Shown one piece after another: positions 19,930-29,098 of a DNA stretch of 64,000 bases. The stretch comes from an uncultured candidate division Zixibacteria bacterium. Lineage in GTDB: Bacteria; Zixibacteria; MSB-5A5; GN15; FEB-12. The first letter of the stretch is position 1, and each line of letters starts with the position of its first letter. Location: positions 288,001 through 352,000 of the forward strand of contig CAWDXE010000001.1 in NCBI GenBank assembly GCA_963806185.1. Direction: 5' to 3'. Made by a program: the position numbers and the translations under genes. The notes beneath the pieces were generated by a model. The model was given only the letters and a program-made list of their open reading frames with translations, ran no database searches and was not told the origin of the DNA.

Positions 19930-21753
19930 CTATTTGAAATAGTATGGCGTCTTCGCCGCCCACGGGCTGTCTTTGTAGAGCTTGTGCAACCGTTTGAACG
20001 CCGCCTTGCTTCTGGCAATGGTCTCATCATCGGCGTACTGTTTCCATGCGAATTGTGTCGACCTCGGCCCGGAGCGCCCGCCCAGGACGATATAGTGCAG
20101 CGCTTTTGCTTCAGCATCACTTCTGATTCTGGATCGTCGTGATATCTCGGCAGCCGAGACGAAAAGGGTCATTGGCGGCGTATACGATGCAACACGGTCA
20201 CGAAATGTCCTGCAAGGCTCGCACTTCGGCAAATCTGACGACGGATCGTAAATACCGTGGAACATGTTATCGCTTCCGATGAAGCCAAAAGGATTGACTT
20301 GGTACTTGCCTAACAGTTCTCCCATGTCTACGAGAGCCTGAACGTCGCGGGGATTTGAGGCCAGTGTTGCGATAATTGTCTTCGCGGAGGACAGCGGCCA
20401 TACCTCGCTTCCTTCAAGAAGCTTCTCCAACGCCTTGAAGCGCCAAGATAGAGCGTAGCGCCGAGCCAATTCGGACACCAGTATATGCCGTCTGTTTCCC
20501 GAGATATCGCTTCTCTCAACACCGGTTTCCAGATCTCCATCCGATAACCCGGCTGTGGCAAATGCTGACAGGTTTCGCTCGCTGACTATTGGTGACCGGT
20601 CAGTGTAAAGCCACAGTCCGTCACCACTGTTAAGTTTCAAGCACGCCATCTCAACTTCGACGGCATCTTCCGGCCTCACCTTGTGCATCTGCTCCAACAC
20701 GTTCGATGCCAATTGATGGTTCTGGATTTTTTCAAAGGCACGCACTCTGAGTAATTCCGTACTTAGCCATCGCACCGTATCCACCAAGGGTGTCTCAGGA
20801 GTCTTGTCCAGGAGCTCCTGATATCGCTCTAACCGGTACAGTCCAAGCTCTCGAACATACTGAAAAAGGCCCGGATAATTCGCGAAATCTCTCTCGCGTG
20901 ATTCCAGTGCCGTCATGTCTTGAAGGGTCGGTCTGTCATCTCCCAATAGCGAAAAAGCAATGAGCATGGGTGAGTCTGCGACAAAATCTATCTCCCCATG
21001 AAAGTAATTTTCAAATTCTTCGATTTCATTCCTTTTCACCGATCGACCCATAATTAGCGTCCCGGTTGCAGGGAACTGCTCCAATATTCTTTGCTTTAGT
21101 TCCGAGTCGAGAAGAGCTTGCCTGCCTGATAGGAAATAGATTCTGCGACGGAGATTGCGGGCCGAATTTGCGTATAGTCCGTCCGGAAACTCCGACATAT
21201 ACCGACGGTATGAAGAATCCGCCAACATCAGCATATCCTGATTTACGGTCTTGACCGGACTGCTATAGCCGTTCCAGTCATTCTGCGCGATAATCAGTTG
21301 GCATCGACCAATCATGTAAGCCGACGCTTCATGCACCCACGAGTAATTGCCTTCTCTTTTTAGGTTGTCCGAAAACACGGCACTCAAGTTCTCCGTGCCG
21401 CCCAACCGTTCAAATATTGCGAGAGCCCCTTGGTAATCCGCCTCCTGAAAACGCTTTGCTCCGAGTTCATAGTATGTGAAAAGCGGCAGCTCGTCCCGTC
21501 TGCTTGCCTCGCGTGCGATGGAGTCACGATTGGCCATAATGCTCGATTCAAGAGTTACGTATTGCCGCAGGACCAACTCAAACATCCACCGTCTTCCATA
21601 TCTCTCGTACGCATAGTTTGGGGCCCTATACTCCGGGTCCACATACGATGGCCGGGAGAAATACGGAGATGGTGACATACTACAGGCACGCGTACTCGCA
21701 CCCGCCAACAGCACCACCCCTACACAAAGGCCAATAATCGTTTTGATCTTCAT
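19930..21753 (-). CDS. Exported helical/TPR-like hypothetical protein, partner of the DUF3142 gene
   Basis: Signal peptide, EASAYMIGR, C-terminal FKRLHKLYKDSPWAAKTPYYF; 4-nt overlap with upstream gene. Confidence 0.7.
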   Translation of the reverse strand: MKIKTIIGLCVGVVLLAGASTRACSMSPSPYFSRPSYVDPEYRAPNYAYERYGRRWMFELVLRQYVTLESSIMANRDSIAREASRRDELPLFTYYELGAKRFQEADYQGALAIFERLGGTENLSAVFSDNLKREGNYSWVHEASAYMIGRCQLIIAQNDWNGYSSPVKTVNQDMLMLADSSYRRYMSEFPDGLYANSARNLRRRIYFLSGRQALLDSELKQRILEQFPATGTLIMGRSVKRNEIEEFENYFHGEIDFVADSPMLIAFSLLGDDRPTLQDMTALESRERDFANYPGLFQYVRELGLYRLERYQELLDKTPETPLVDTVRWLSTELLRVRAFEKIQNHQLASNVLEQMHKVRPEDAVEVEMACLKLNSGDGLWLYTDRSPIVSERNLSAFATAGLSDGDLETGVERSDISGNRRHILVSELARRYALSWRFKALEKLLEGSEVWPLSSAKTIIATLASNPRDVQALVDMGELLGKYQVNPFGFIGSDNMFHGIYDPSSDLPKCEPCRTFRDRVASYTPPMTLFVSAAEISRRSRIRSDAEAKALHYIVLGGRSGPRSTQFAWKQYADDETIARSKAAFKRLHKLYKDSPWAAKTPYYFK

Positions 21754-22538
21754 ATGCGTTTCTGGATGAAGTAGATGATCCCCCGGAAATTCTGATTAGC
21801 CTCGAGTTCGACGACCGACTTTGGCGCCTCTGACCCGGACAGCAACCCAATGCGAAACGGCATCGAGTATTCGCCCAATACTCTGATACTTGATTCGATT
21901 TCAGGAAGTGGCCGCCTTCCCCGATACAATTGAAAGACGATCTCATCCGCCGACTCTGAAATCGACCGCATCGCTTCCTTATCCCCGCTCGTCGCCCAAT
22001 CCATCAGCCCCGTGACGCTCAGTCCGTACCGCGCCGCCAGCTTCTCTCTGATATCCTGCATGAACCGGCCGTAGGTCGAGAGCTTTGATGTGGGACAATC
22101 GAAATCGAGCTGGATCCCTGAAACCGTCACGGGATGGCGCTGCCACTGGGCCACACTATGCTCGAAAACACCCACGACCGTTTGCGCGTCCGGCAATTGT
22201 CCGTCCAGCCGATAGACCAGGTACAGTCGGTCGCTCTTGACCGGATGCGGATACAAGCCCAAACGCTCATACGTGGAGGCGCCTTCCTTTGTGATTATGC
22301 GCCCCTGAAAGACATACAATTCGGCACTCGACGGCGCATCTTCAGGAGTTATTCCCGCCCACAGCCAGTACGAAACCGGAATCTCCGCCTTCTCCGTCTC
22401 CCCATAAAGTGAGATTCCAATTATCACGAGCAGCAATAGAGGAATGGCTCTGCCAAATCGACTGTGCATACTGGGATTCTCGGTTCCCGGGAAACTCCCC
22501 GCTCTTCTTGATATCGTAACCGGTTTTCCGTCGCCCAC
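21750..22538 (-). CDS. DUF3142 domain protein (true start probably downstream, near MHSRF)
   Basis: YWLWAG, GIQLDFDCPTSKL, LSVTGLMDW, DEIVFQLYRG. Confidence 0.78.
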   Translation of the reverse strand: MGDGKPVTISRRAGSFPGTENPSMHSRFGRAIPLLLLVIIGISLYGETEKAEIPVSYWLWAGITPEDAPSSAELYVFQGRIITKEGASTYERLGLYPHPVKSDRLYLVYRLDGQLPDAQTVVGVFEHSVAQWQRHPVTVSGIQLDFDCPTSKLSTYGRFMQDIREKLAARYGLSVTGLMDWATSGDKEAMRSISESADEIVFQLYRGRRPLPEIESSIRVLGEYSMPFRIGLLSGSEAPKSVVELEANQNFRGIIYFIQKRI

Positions 22539-22888
22539 CCGGCCTGCTCTCCCAATATCGTAGCTTATTGAATCTACGGACGCAAGCGGTGATTAGGAAC
22601 AGGCGAGTCCCCGGGTTCTTTCCTCGCTGAAGCAGCCTTGACACACTCGCCAAATGTGTATGATTTAGGCCTACTAATCGCAACGAACAACATGACCCTG
22701 GGCCGGTGGCCTAGGTCTTTCTCTTCTCTTCGGCCGGCCGGTGGCCCGCGTCTATCTCTTCTCTTCGGTGCCCCACGGCTTGCCGTGGGTTCCCCGCATG
22801 CCAACAGGTATGCTCACAATTCTACCGAATTTATAACAATCGGCACATCCCGCTTGCCGGCATAGCAACCTCGCAGCCCACCCAAATC

Positions 22889-23743
22889 TCACAGCTGACT
22901 GGCGCTGAAGGTGTCGCCCTGGCTAATGTCGCCGGATTTGTACCCCTTGACGAACCATCGAACGCGTTGGTCCGACGTACCGTGCGTGAAGGCGTCGGGG
23001 ACGACATACCCTTGCGATTGTCTCATTATCCGGTCGTCGCCAACCGCCCCGGCGGCGTTGATCCCTTCCTCGATATCTCCTTGCTCGAGAAGATTCGCCG
23101 TGCGCTCCGCGTGATGAGCCCAGACACCGGCAAGGAAATCGGCCTGAAGTTCCAGTCGGACTGAGAGACGGTTGTACTCGGTTTCGCTCATGCGGTCTCG
23201 CTCGGCCATTACCTGATCCATGATGCCCATCATATTCTGGACGTGGTGACCGACCTCGTGGGCGATGACGTAGGCCAGGGCGAAGTCGCCGCTCGCACCG
23301 AGTTGAGCCTGCATTTCTTTGAAGAAGCTGAGGTCGATGTAGACTTTTTCGTCGCCCGGGCAATAGAACGGCCCCGAGGAAGCACCGGCGACACCGCAGG
23401 CTGATGATATCTGGTCCGAGAAGAGAACCAGTTTCGGCTCGCGATAGGCCTGACCGCTCTGCTGAAAGACGCGGTTCCAGACATCCTCGGTCTCGGCCAG
23501 AATGACGCCGACAAACTCGCCTTCCTGCTGTTCTTCCGCACTGAGCGGCTGGTTCACGTCGGCGGACGTCTCCATGCCCGGCTGCTGCAGTGATTGCATC
23601 ACCTGATTCGGGTCACCGCCGAGAATCAGGAAGAGAACGGCGATGATGATCCCGCCCACTCCTCCGCCAACCGCCAATTGTTTGCCGCCGATTCCGCGTC
23701 GATCTTCCACGTTATCGCTTGTCCGTCGACCTTGCCATTTCAT
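22889..23743 (-). CDS. ypfJ: Neutral zinc metallopeptidase, YpfJ family
   Basis: MKWQGRRTSDNVEDRRG, GPFYCPGDEKVYIDLSFF, AHEVGHHVQ, LELQADFLAG, FTHGTSDQR. Confidence 0.9.
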   Translation of the reverse strand: MKWQGRRTSDNVEDRRGIGGKQLAVGGGVGGIIIAVLFLILGGDPNQVMQSLQQPGMETSADVNQPLSAEEQQEGEFVGVILAETEDVWNRVFQQSGQAYREPKLVLFSDQISSACGVAGASSGPFYCPGDEKVYIDLSFFKEMQAQLGASGDFALAYVIAHEVGHHVQNMMGIMDQVMAERDRMSETEYNRLSVRLELQADFLAGVWAHHAERTANLLEQGDIEEGINAAGAVGDDRIMRQSQGYVVPDAFTHGTSDQRVRWFVKGYKSGDISQGDTFSASQL

Positions 23744-23864
23744 GTCTGATTCCTTTCCGGAAGCGGCCGAAGCGGTGAGGAGGCCGCAGATCGCCGTCCC
23801 AGTCCGACCAAGCCGTTTGATGAAAATATCATAATGTGTGGGGGGTGGAATGTCAAATCACTCC

Positions 23865-24084
23865 GTACCCCACCGTCTATGCGGTGGGGTATCTGAAGGT
23901 CAGGATCCACAGAAGATACCCCATCGAAAATCGATTCTGTGCGCGGCAGGTTTCCCGACCTGCCCGTTCGTTCTTTCGAACATAACGGACATTGCCGATG
24001 GAGGCAAGCGACGCGCTCGCAGAACTGCTCCTGATGTCATGCACAATTCGTACTGGGGCAGGCCAGAAGGCCTGCCGCCCACGG
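23865..24084. repeat. REP-like palindromic mosaic, copy 2
   Basis: 23865-23917 matches 19810-19862 at 50/53 nt; 24055-24084 is identical to 19870-19899. Confidence 0.8.
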
Positions 24085-24260
24085 AATGTTGACGACACGT
24101 AGCAAGCGGTGGAGGTGGCGGGAGAATGGCGGGGATATTGAGATGCAATTAGAACTAATCTGTCCGGGTTACATGCAGCTTAGGAGATGCTTCCACGAAA
24201 CGTCGACGACACGTATGCCCGCCACACCAAAATTACCCTGAAGTGACAAGTTCGGGCTTC

Positions 24261-25022
24261 TCAACTAATCTGTATCAAATTGAAGGGCAGCATCGCCCAC
24301 ATTGCCCAAAATGCCCAGAGACAAACCACAATCAATGCCGCCCGGCCCTTGGATACGCCGGCCACGACTGACAAACCCAGCGCCACGAGAATCGCCATCC
24401 AAATACTGAAAATGTCAAGCCGGTCCAGACCTCTGAACAGAGCTGTACTCTGCAACTCGACGGGCAGGAACACCGCTGGTCCTAAATGGACCTGATAACT
24501 CTCTTTGGCGACAATTAGTCCGGCCTTTATCAGTTGCTCTGGGACCGTGACAAGGAACACGAAACTCGTCATCGAAAAGAGCTTGCCGAACGTGGCAGTA
24601 TTGGAACCGATCTGTACTGCAAGCCAGAGGAGCGCAGCCAAGGACAGGACTTTGGCCGCATGAAGCGATGACAAGAGAACGGTGCCCATCGCCAATTGTA
24701 AAGAAGATACTCCGTGGGTTCGCTGAGCCTCGATATTATCAATGCGGCGCGACACTTCCTCAGCACTCAAAGTCGGATCGCTGCTGATACGAGCCTTCAT
24801 ATCCTCCATGCGATAGCGGCTCGTCACCGCCTCATAGCCGACCGAGACTAGCGCACAAACAATGATCGGAATGAGCCATCGACGTGTCCGGGCCAACGTC
24901 TGAAAGGCTTGCCGTGGTGCGGTTAATACGTTGAACATCGTCGTCAGGTAATCGTCGACCGACGTGGCTGTCGGTTCCACCGGCTCAACACTCATTGCAG
25001 GTTCCATTTCCCATCCCTCCAT
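24261..25022 (-). CDS. Yip1 family membrane protein
   Basis: VLTAPRQAFQTL..WLIPII, LDIFSIW, about 5 TM segments. Confidence 0.75.
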   Translation of the reverse strand: MEGWEMEPAMSVEPVEPTATSVDDYLTTMFNVLTAPRQAFQTLARTRRWLIPIIVCALVSVGYEAVTSRYRMEDMKARISSDPTLSAEEVSRRIDNIEAQRTHGVSSLQLAMGTVLLSSLHAAKVLSLAALLWLAVQIGSNTATFGKLFSMTSFVFLVTVPEQLIKAGLIVAKESYQVHLGPAVFLPVELQSTALFRGLDRLDIFSIWMAILVALGLSVVAGVSKGRAALIVVCLWAFWAMWAMLPFNLIQIS

Positions 25023-25029
25023 TAGTTCA

Positions 25030-25833
25030 TCAGTACTGAGCGAGTGATCCCGTTCGGCGGGATTGATTGAATCCCGCGCGGACAGCCAACAGGCCTAGCG
25101 GTAATGTTACGAGCGAAATAACTCCGAGTATAGCCAACTGCGGCGCTATCGTGCCTGTCGATGCATTCTTGATGAGAGCCAGGCGAAGCGCGTCAAGCGC
25201 ATAGGTCGTGGGGAGCAGCATCGAGATCGGTTTGAGGTACGCCGGAAGGTATTCGACCGGAAAGAGCACGCCCGAAAACAGAGTGGTTAGAGCGGTGAAT
25301 GCCCACGAAATCGGGTCGCCCACCTTGGTGACGATTATAACTCCGGCGCTCATAAGCCCAATGCCGGAAAGCGACGTGACCGTCAGGACAATCGCCGCCA
25401 GAGCAGCAGGCAGATTGATGTCCATCGGAATGCCGAATACCAGAATGACAACGGTCAAGAGCAAGGCGACATTTAAGAACGCCTGAACGAAATTCATCAA
25501 CCCGGAATAGAGCAGGATAAGCTCCAATCGAGTATTCGATAACAGGAGAAACTCAAGGGTGCCCATCTGCTGTTCTGAACGAATAGTGCTTGAGAATGAG
25601 CTCAGCGAGACACCGAGGAAACCTGAGAATGCCGTGCCGATAATCAGGTACGCCAACAAGTTCCCGCCATACTGGGACAGTGCCGGGAAGCTGTTGCCAT
25701 CGTTTAAGAATTTCCCCATGAACGTAAACTGGAGCAAACCGACAAAGCTACCGACAATTCCGAGCGCCAGCGCAGTCTTGTAACTAATAAGGGTGATGAA
25801 CCCACGCTTAATGAATAGCCATGCTCGATACAT
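25030..25833 (-). CDS. ABC-2 type exporter permease
   Basis: IRSEQQMGTLEFLLLS, FSGVLFPVEYLP..LPTTYALDALR. Confidence 0.88.
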   Translation of the reverse strand: MYRAWLFIKRGFITLISYKTALALGIVGSFVGLLQFTFMGKFLNDGNSFPALSQYGGNLLAYLIIGTAFSGFLGVSLSSFSSTIRSEQQMGTLEFLLLSNTRLELILLYSGLMNFVQAFLNVALLLTVVILVFGIPMDINLPAALAAIVLTVTSLSGIGLMSAGVIIVTKVGDPISWAFTALTTLFSGVLFPVEYLPAYLKPISMLLPTTYALDALRLALIKNASTGTIAPQLAILGVISLVTLPLGLLAVRAGFNQSRRTGSLAQY

Positions 25834-25837
25834 TGCA

Positions 25838-26776
25838 TCACCCCGCTAACTGAATGAACACGTCTTCAAGCGACGCAGTATAGGTATTGGTGCGAACCAC
25901 TTCCAGACCGGAGGCAGATACCTCAGCCAGCACAGCGGCCATATCGAAGGAGCCGTTGTACGAAATGGTGATTCGATTGCCAGTCGCGGTAAGCGCCTGG
26001 AACGCCGATACCGCGCGTATGCGCTCGACCAACCGGCTCACACGGTTATCACCGGCAACATCACTACCTTCAAAGTCAAACTCGATCCGCTTCTTATTGC
26101 TGAACTTGTGAAAATCCGCCAGTGCACCTACCTTGAGCAGTTTCCCCTCCTTGAGAAAGCCAATGCGGTCAGAAAGGCGTTCTGCTTCGGTCATATCGTG
26201 GGTGGTGAGCAAGATAGTCTTCCCCTGCCGCTTCTGATCGGCCAGAATTTCGCGGATGGTGCGGGCCGACGCCGGGTCGATACCGCTGTTTGGTTCGTCG
26301 AGGAGGAGCACTTTGGGATCGTGCAAGAGGGCCCTGGCCAGTGCCAGACGCTTTTTCATCCCCGTCGAGTAGCGCATATATTGCAGCCGTGCGTCCTTAT
26401 CCAGCCCTACCAAAGCGAGCAAAGTCTGAATTCGCGTTTTAAGTGCGTGCCGGGGGATACTGTACAGACCACCGAAGAACTCAAGATTCTGTGCCCCGGA
26501 GAGACGGTAATAGAAGCTCCGTTCCTCGCCAAGCACCAGGCCGATACAGGCGCGGGCTTGATACTGGTGGGTGTGCATATCGAAACCGCAGACTCTCACG
26601 GTTCTCGACTGAGGGATGATAAGGCCGGAGATGATGCGAAGCAGCGTAGTCTTTCCGGCCCCGTTGGGACCAAGGAGGGTGAATATTTCGCCGCCCCGGA
26701 CATTTAGGCTGATCTCTGCCAGCGCTGGCAGAGATTTCCCGGAGAAGCTATAACCAATGTCGGTCATTGACAGCAT
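25838..26776 (-). CDS. ABC exporter ATP-binding subunit
   Basis: Walker A GPNGAGKTT, signature YSTGMKKR, Walker B LLLDEP, TTH, SLEDVF. Confidence 0.92.
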   Translation of the reverse strand: MLSMTDIGYSFSGKSLPALAEISLNVRGGEIFTLLGPNGAGKTTLLRIISGLIIPQSRTVRVCGFDMHTHQYQARACIGLVLGEERSFYYRLSGAQNLEFFGGLYSIPRHALKTRIQTLLALVGLDKDARLQYMRYSTGMKKRLALARALLHDPKVLLLDEPNSGIDPASARTIREILADQKRQGKTILLTTHDMTEAERLSDRIGFLKEGKLLKVGALADFHKFSNKKRIEFDFEGSDVAGDNRVSRLVERIRAVSAFQALTATGNRITISYNGSFDMAAVLAEVSASGLEVVRTNTYTASLEDVFIQLAG

Positions 26777-26778
26777 GG

Positions 26779-27495
26779 CTATTTTTGCTCCGCGCGCACA
26801 CTCTTTGATGCCCATCTGTGCTGAATGAGAAGATTTGCGACTCCATAGAGAATTGCCGGCGTGAGACACAAGAACAGCGTCAGATTGTCGTTAACGTCTG
26901 TGCGCAAATGGAAGAAGATCAGGGCCGGAAGGACAACAGTGGATCGACAATACACGTACCCAAAGAACACTTCTACCGGAAGAAACTTTGCAATTGCTTC
27001 AGGCGGAATATCCTGCGTCAGAAGTATCGCCAATGCACTCACGATGACGATTGCCAGTTTGCCTACAAAGCTCTGTCCATAGCGCGGCACAAGAACTCCG
27101 ATGAGACCCGCTCGGAGGAACAACTCCTGCGAAACAGCCGAGGTCGCAAGAATGCCCGTCAGTCGCCAATCTGTTGGGAAGCGCTGAACGTCAAAGATCA
27201 AAGCAACCAGAGTGAGCAGGGCGATGGCCAACCATATCGGGCGTTGACCTCGATGACTCACAAAACCGAAGAGGCTGGGGGCGGTATCTCTTTGGTATGC
27301 CAGGATAACCGCACAAAGGAAGAAGAGTGAGTAAACGCCAATCGCCAAGGCCGCGCTGATGTCTTGGTTGCCAAAGATTCCGCCTGATCGGATCAGCCGA
27401 GCCTCACACAGTGAGGCAACGAAAAAGACCATTGCCAAGCCAGCAACAAGTCGTTGGGTCGGCTGCCATGTACTGAGTTTGTTATCCATGTTCAT
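26779..27495 (-). CDS. CPBP (Abi/CAAX-protease)-like membrane protein, degenerate
   Basis: Multi-TM; SQELFLRAGL resembles the EExxxR motif; FFGYVYCRSTVVLPALIFFH resembles the last motif; AGGAG SD. Confidence 0.55.
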   Translation of the reverse strand: MNMDNKLSTWQPTQRLVAGLAMVFFVASLCEARLIRSGGIFGNQDISAALAIGVYSLFFLCAVILAYQRDTAPSLFGFVSHRGQRPIWLAIALLTLVALIFDVQRFPTDWRLTGILATSAVSQELFLRAGLIGVLVPRYGQSFVGKLAIVIVSALAILLTQDIPPEAIAKFLPVEVFFGYVYCRSTVVLPALIFFHLRTDVNDNLTLFLCLTPAILYGVANLLIQHRWASKSVRAEQK

Positions 27496-27618
27496 GGGAC
27501 TCCTGCGTTGTTCGTAGTGCGCACGGCACAGACGTAGGCAATGATGCCGACCCCGACTGTTTCAATACTCCATTACCGCCGTACAGGTGTTACGTTCAAC
27601 GCTATGCGTGGCGTTCGT

Positions 27619-28305
27619 CTAATGTTCCGCCTGACGAATCAGCCCGGCGAATACAACGTAAATCACGCCCCCCGCGAGAAGCATCTGAATACTAGCTTGA
27701 CTCATCGATGGATTCAACAGTCGCACAGCGTCGCAGGTAAAAGACGCCAAAACACTACCGGTAATCGGGACAAATGATGAACTCAAGCAGTTGGATGCAA
27801 CATCTCCCATTATCGTCGCGTGCGGGTCAGGGTGGACCAGGGCACAAATGCACCCCGTAATAACCACAGAGAGTACAGGGACCGCCGCTCCGTTGCCCCA
27901 TCTTTCAATGATCAACCTCATGCAAAAGGCCCTAAGAATGACTGAGCTCATGAACAGAAGGCACAGTCCAACGATGATATGAGAGCTTGATGAATGCGGC
28001 GATGACTCTTTGCCCACTGAGGAAAGAGCTACTACTGTGATAATAATAGGGATACTGTACCATACTTTTCCCGAAAGAAGAAGACCCCAGTCCGAAGCAC
28101 TACTCTGACGAGCCTTAACAGATCGATACGCATAAACCAGGAGCCCAACAGCCATGAGAACCAATCCCGCCAACAGCACATATTTGATCGCCGCTGAACC
28201 TACTTCGCCTTCTGGTGAAACAAATTGAGCGTGCGTGAAGCGTGCCAGCACGGCGAAGGCGACCATTGCGGCCACCGTCATAACGACAGAGACTCTGGAT
28301 GACAT
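27619..28305 (-). CDS. Multi-TM membrane protein, divergent CPBP-like
   Basis: SSVILRAF at the motif-1 position, ICALVH, TGSVLA; GGGAGGA SD before ATG 28305. Confidence 0.5.
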   Translation of the reverse strand: MSSRVSVVMTVAAMVAFAVLARFTHAQFVSPEGEVGSAAIKYVLLAGLVLMAVGLLVYAYRSVKARQSSASDWGLLLSGKVWYSIPIIITVVALSSVGKESSPHSSSSHIIVGLCLLFMSSVILRAFCMRLIIERWGNGAAVPVLSVVITGCICALVHPDPHATIMGDVASNCLSSSFVPITGSVLASFTCDAVRLLNPSMSQASIQMLLAGGVIYVVFAGLIRQAEH

Positions 28306-28462
28306 GAGATCCTCCCGATGATGTTGATTATTGCTAACATACTCTGCCTTTGTTATCACGTCAAGTGTTTCCCCAACGGGACCTGCAGGGGAGATGATCA
28401 TGTCACTCCCCTGCATCTCTTGCTAGTGGAAAAAGCGGGAGGCGATTTTGCGCCGGGTCCAC

Positions 28463-28585
28463 TCAATCGCAGACAGGGCCGGTCCGTTTCCCTTCACAGT
28501 ATATCTTGCAGTATTGAACGCATAGAAGCACACAAGGCCACAGTCCGAGCTGTGTGTCTTCAATTGGTTCCACAAACCACTTCAT
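28463..28585 (-). CDS. Putative RiPP precursor 3 (40 aa, absent from the ORF track): MKWFVEPIEDTQLGLWPCVLLCVQYCKIYCEGKRTGPVCD
   Basis: Hand translation; AGGAAGGA SD; Cx3Cx3Cx3C core; leader shared with the two upstream peptides. Confidence 0.8.
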   Translation of the reverse strand: MKWFVEPIEDTQLGLWPCVLLCVQYCKIYCEGKRTGPVCD

Positions 28586-28611
28586 GATGTCATCCTTCCT
28601 AGCTGGCATGA

Positions 28612-28782
28612 TCAAGTCGAATGTACGTTGCAGTACTTCTCACAGCCAACCCCTCCATTCAGAGCCCAGGTGGCGAGGAAGAATACGAAACCCAGCCAGC
28701 CGCACAATATCATGCGATTCGACGGCTGAGTTACCGTTGAGTCTAATTCGTCGGCGCCAGTCGGTTCAACAACCCATTTCAT
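28612..28782 (-). CDS. Putative RiPP precursor 2 (56 aa): MKWVVEPTGADELDS...GVGCEKYCNVHST
   Basis: GGAGA SD before ATG 28782; MKWVVEP leader, CEKYC. Confidence 0.72.
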   Translation of the reverse strand: MKWVVEPTGADELDSTVTQPSNRMILCGWLGFVFFLATWALNGGVGCEKYCNVHST

Positions 28783-28842
28783 AAGTACACTCTCCAATCG
28801 GACTGAATTGATCCTGAATAAGGCGTTCGTTTGTCGCAACTG

Positions 28843-29022
28843 CTATGATATCAGTAGCAATCTGCAGAGCGTGCTCCTGTTTTCGCAGTAAACTGGGCAC
28901 GCTGTTCGGCAATAGCAACTCTTACTGCAGCAGCTGAATACGAAACAAAACATGCTTCCGCTACACCCTTCATCCAGTTCTGAGAACGACTGCAGTACTT
29001 CCGGGGTCACAAGCCATGTCAT
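28843..29022 (-). CDS. Putative RiPP precursor 1 (59 aa): MTWLVTPEVLQSFSELDEGCSGSMFCFVFSCCSKSCYCRTACPVYCENRSTLCRLLLIS
   Basis: GGAGGT SD before ATG 29022; 9 Cys; directly downstream of the rSAM gene. Confidence 0.8.
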   Translation of the reverse strand: MTWLVTPEVLQSFSELDEGCSGSMFCFVFSCCSKSCYCRTACPVYCENRSTLCRLLLIS

Positions 29023-29098
29023 TGGCACCACCTCCATTCTTTTTACTTTTTACGGACTTCCCACATACTGATTGGCACTCTCGCATGAAGATCTCGAT

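Noticed and set aside
24121..24140. att duplicate of the tRNA-Ser 3' end (AATGGCGGGGA)
   Set aside because: Match is only about 8-10 nt and no integrase is present
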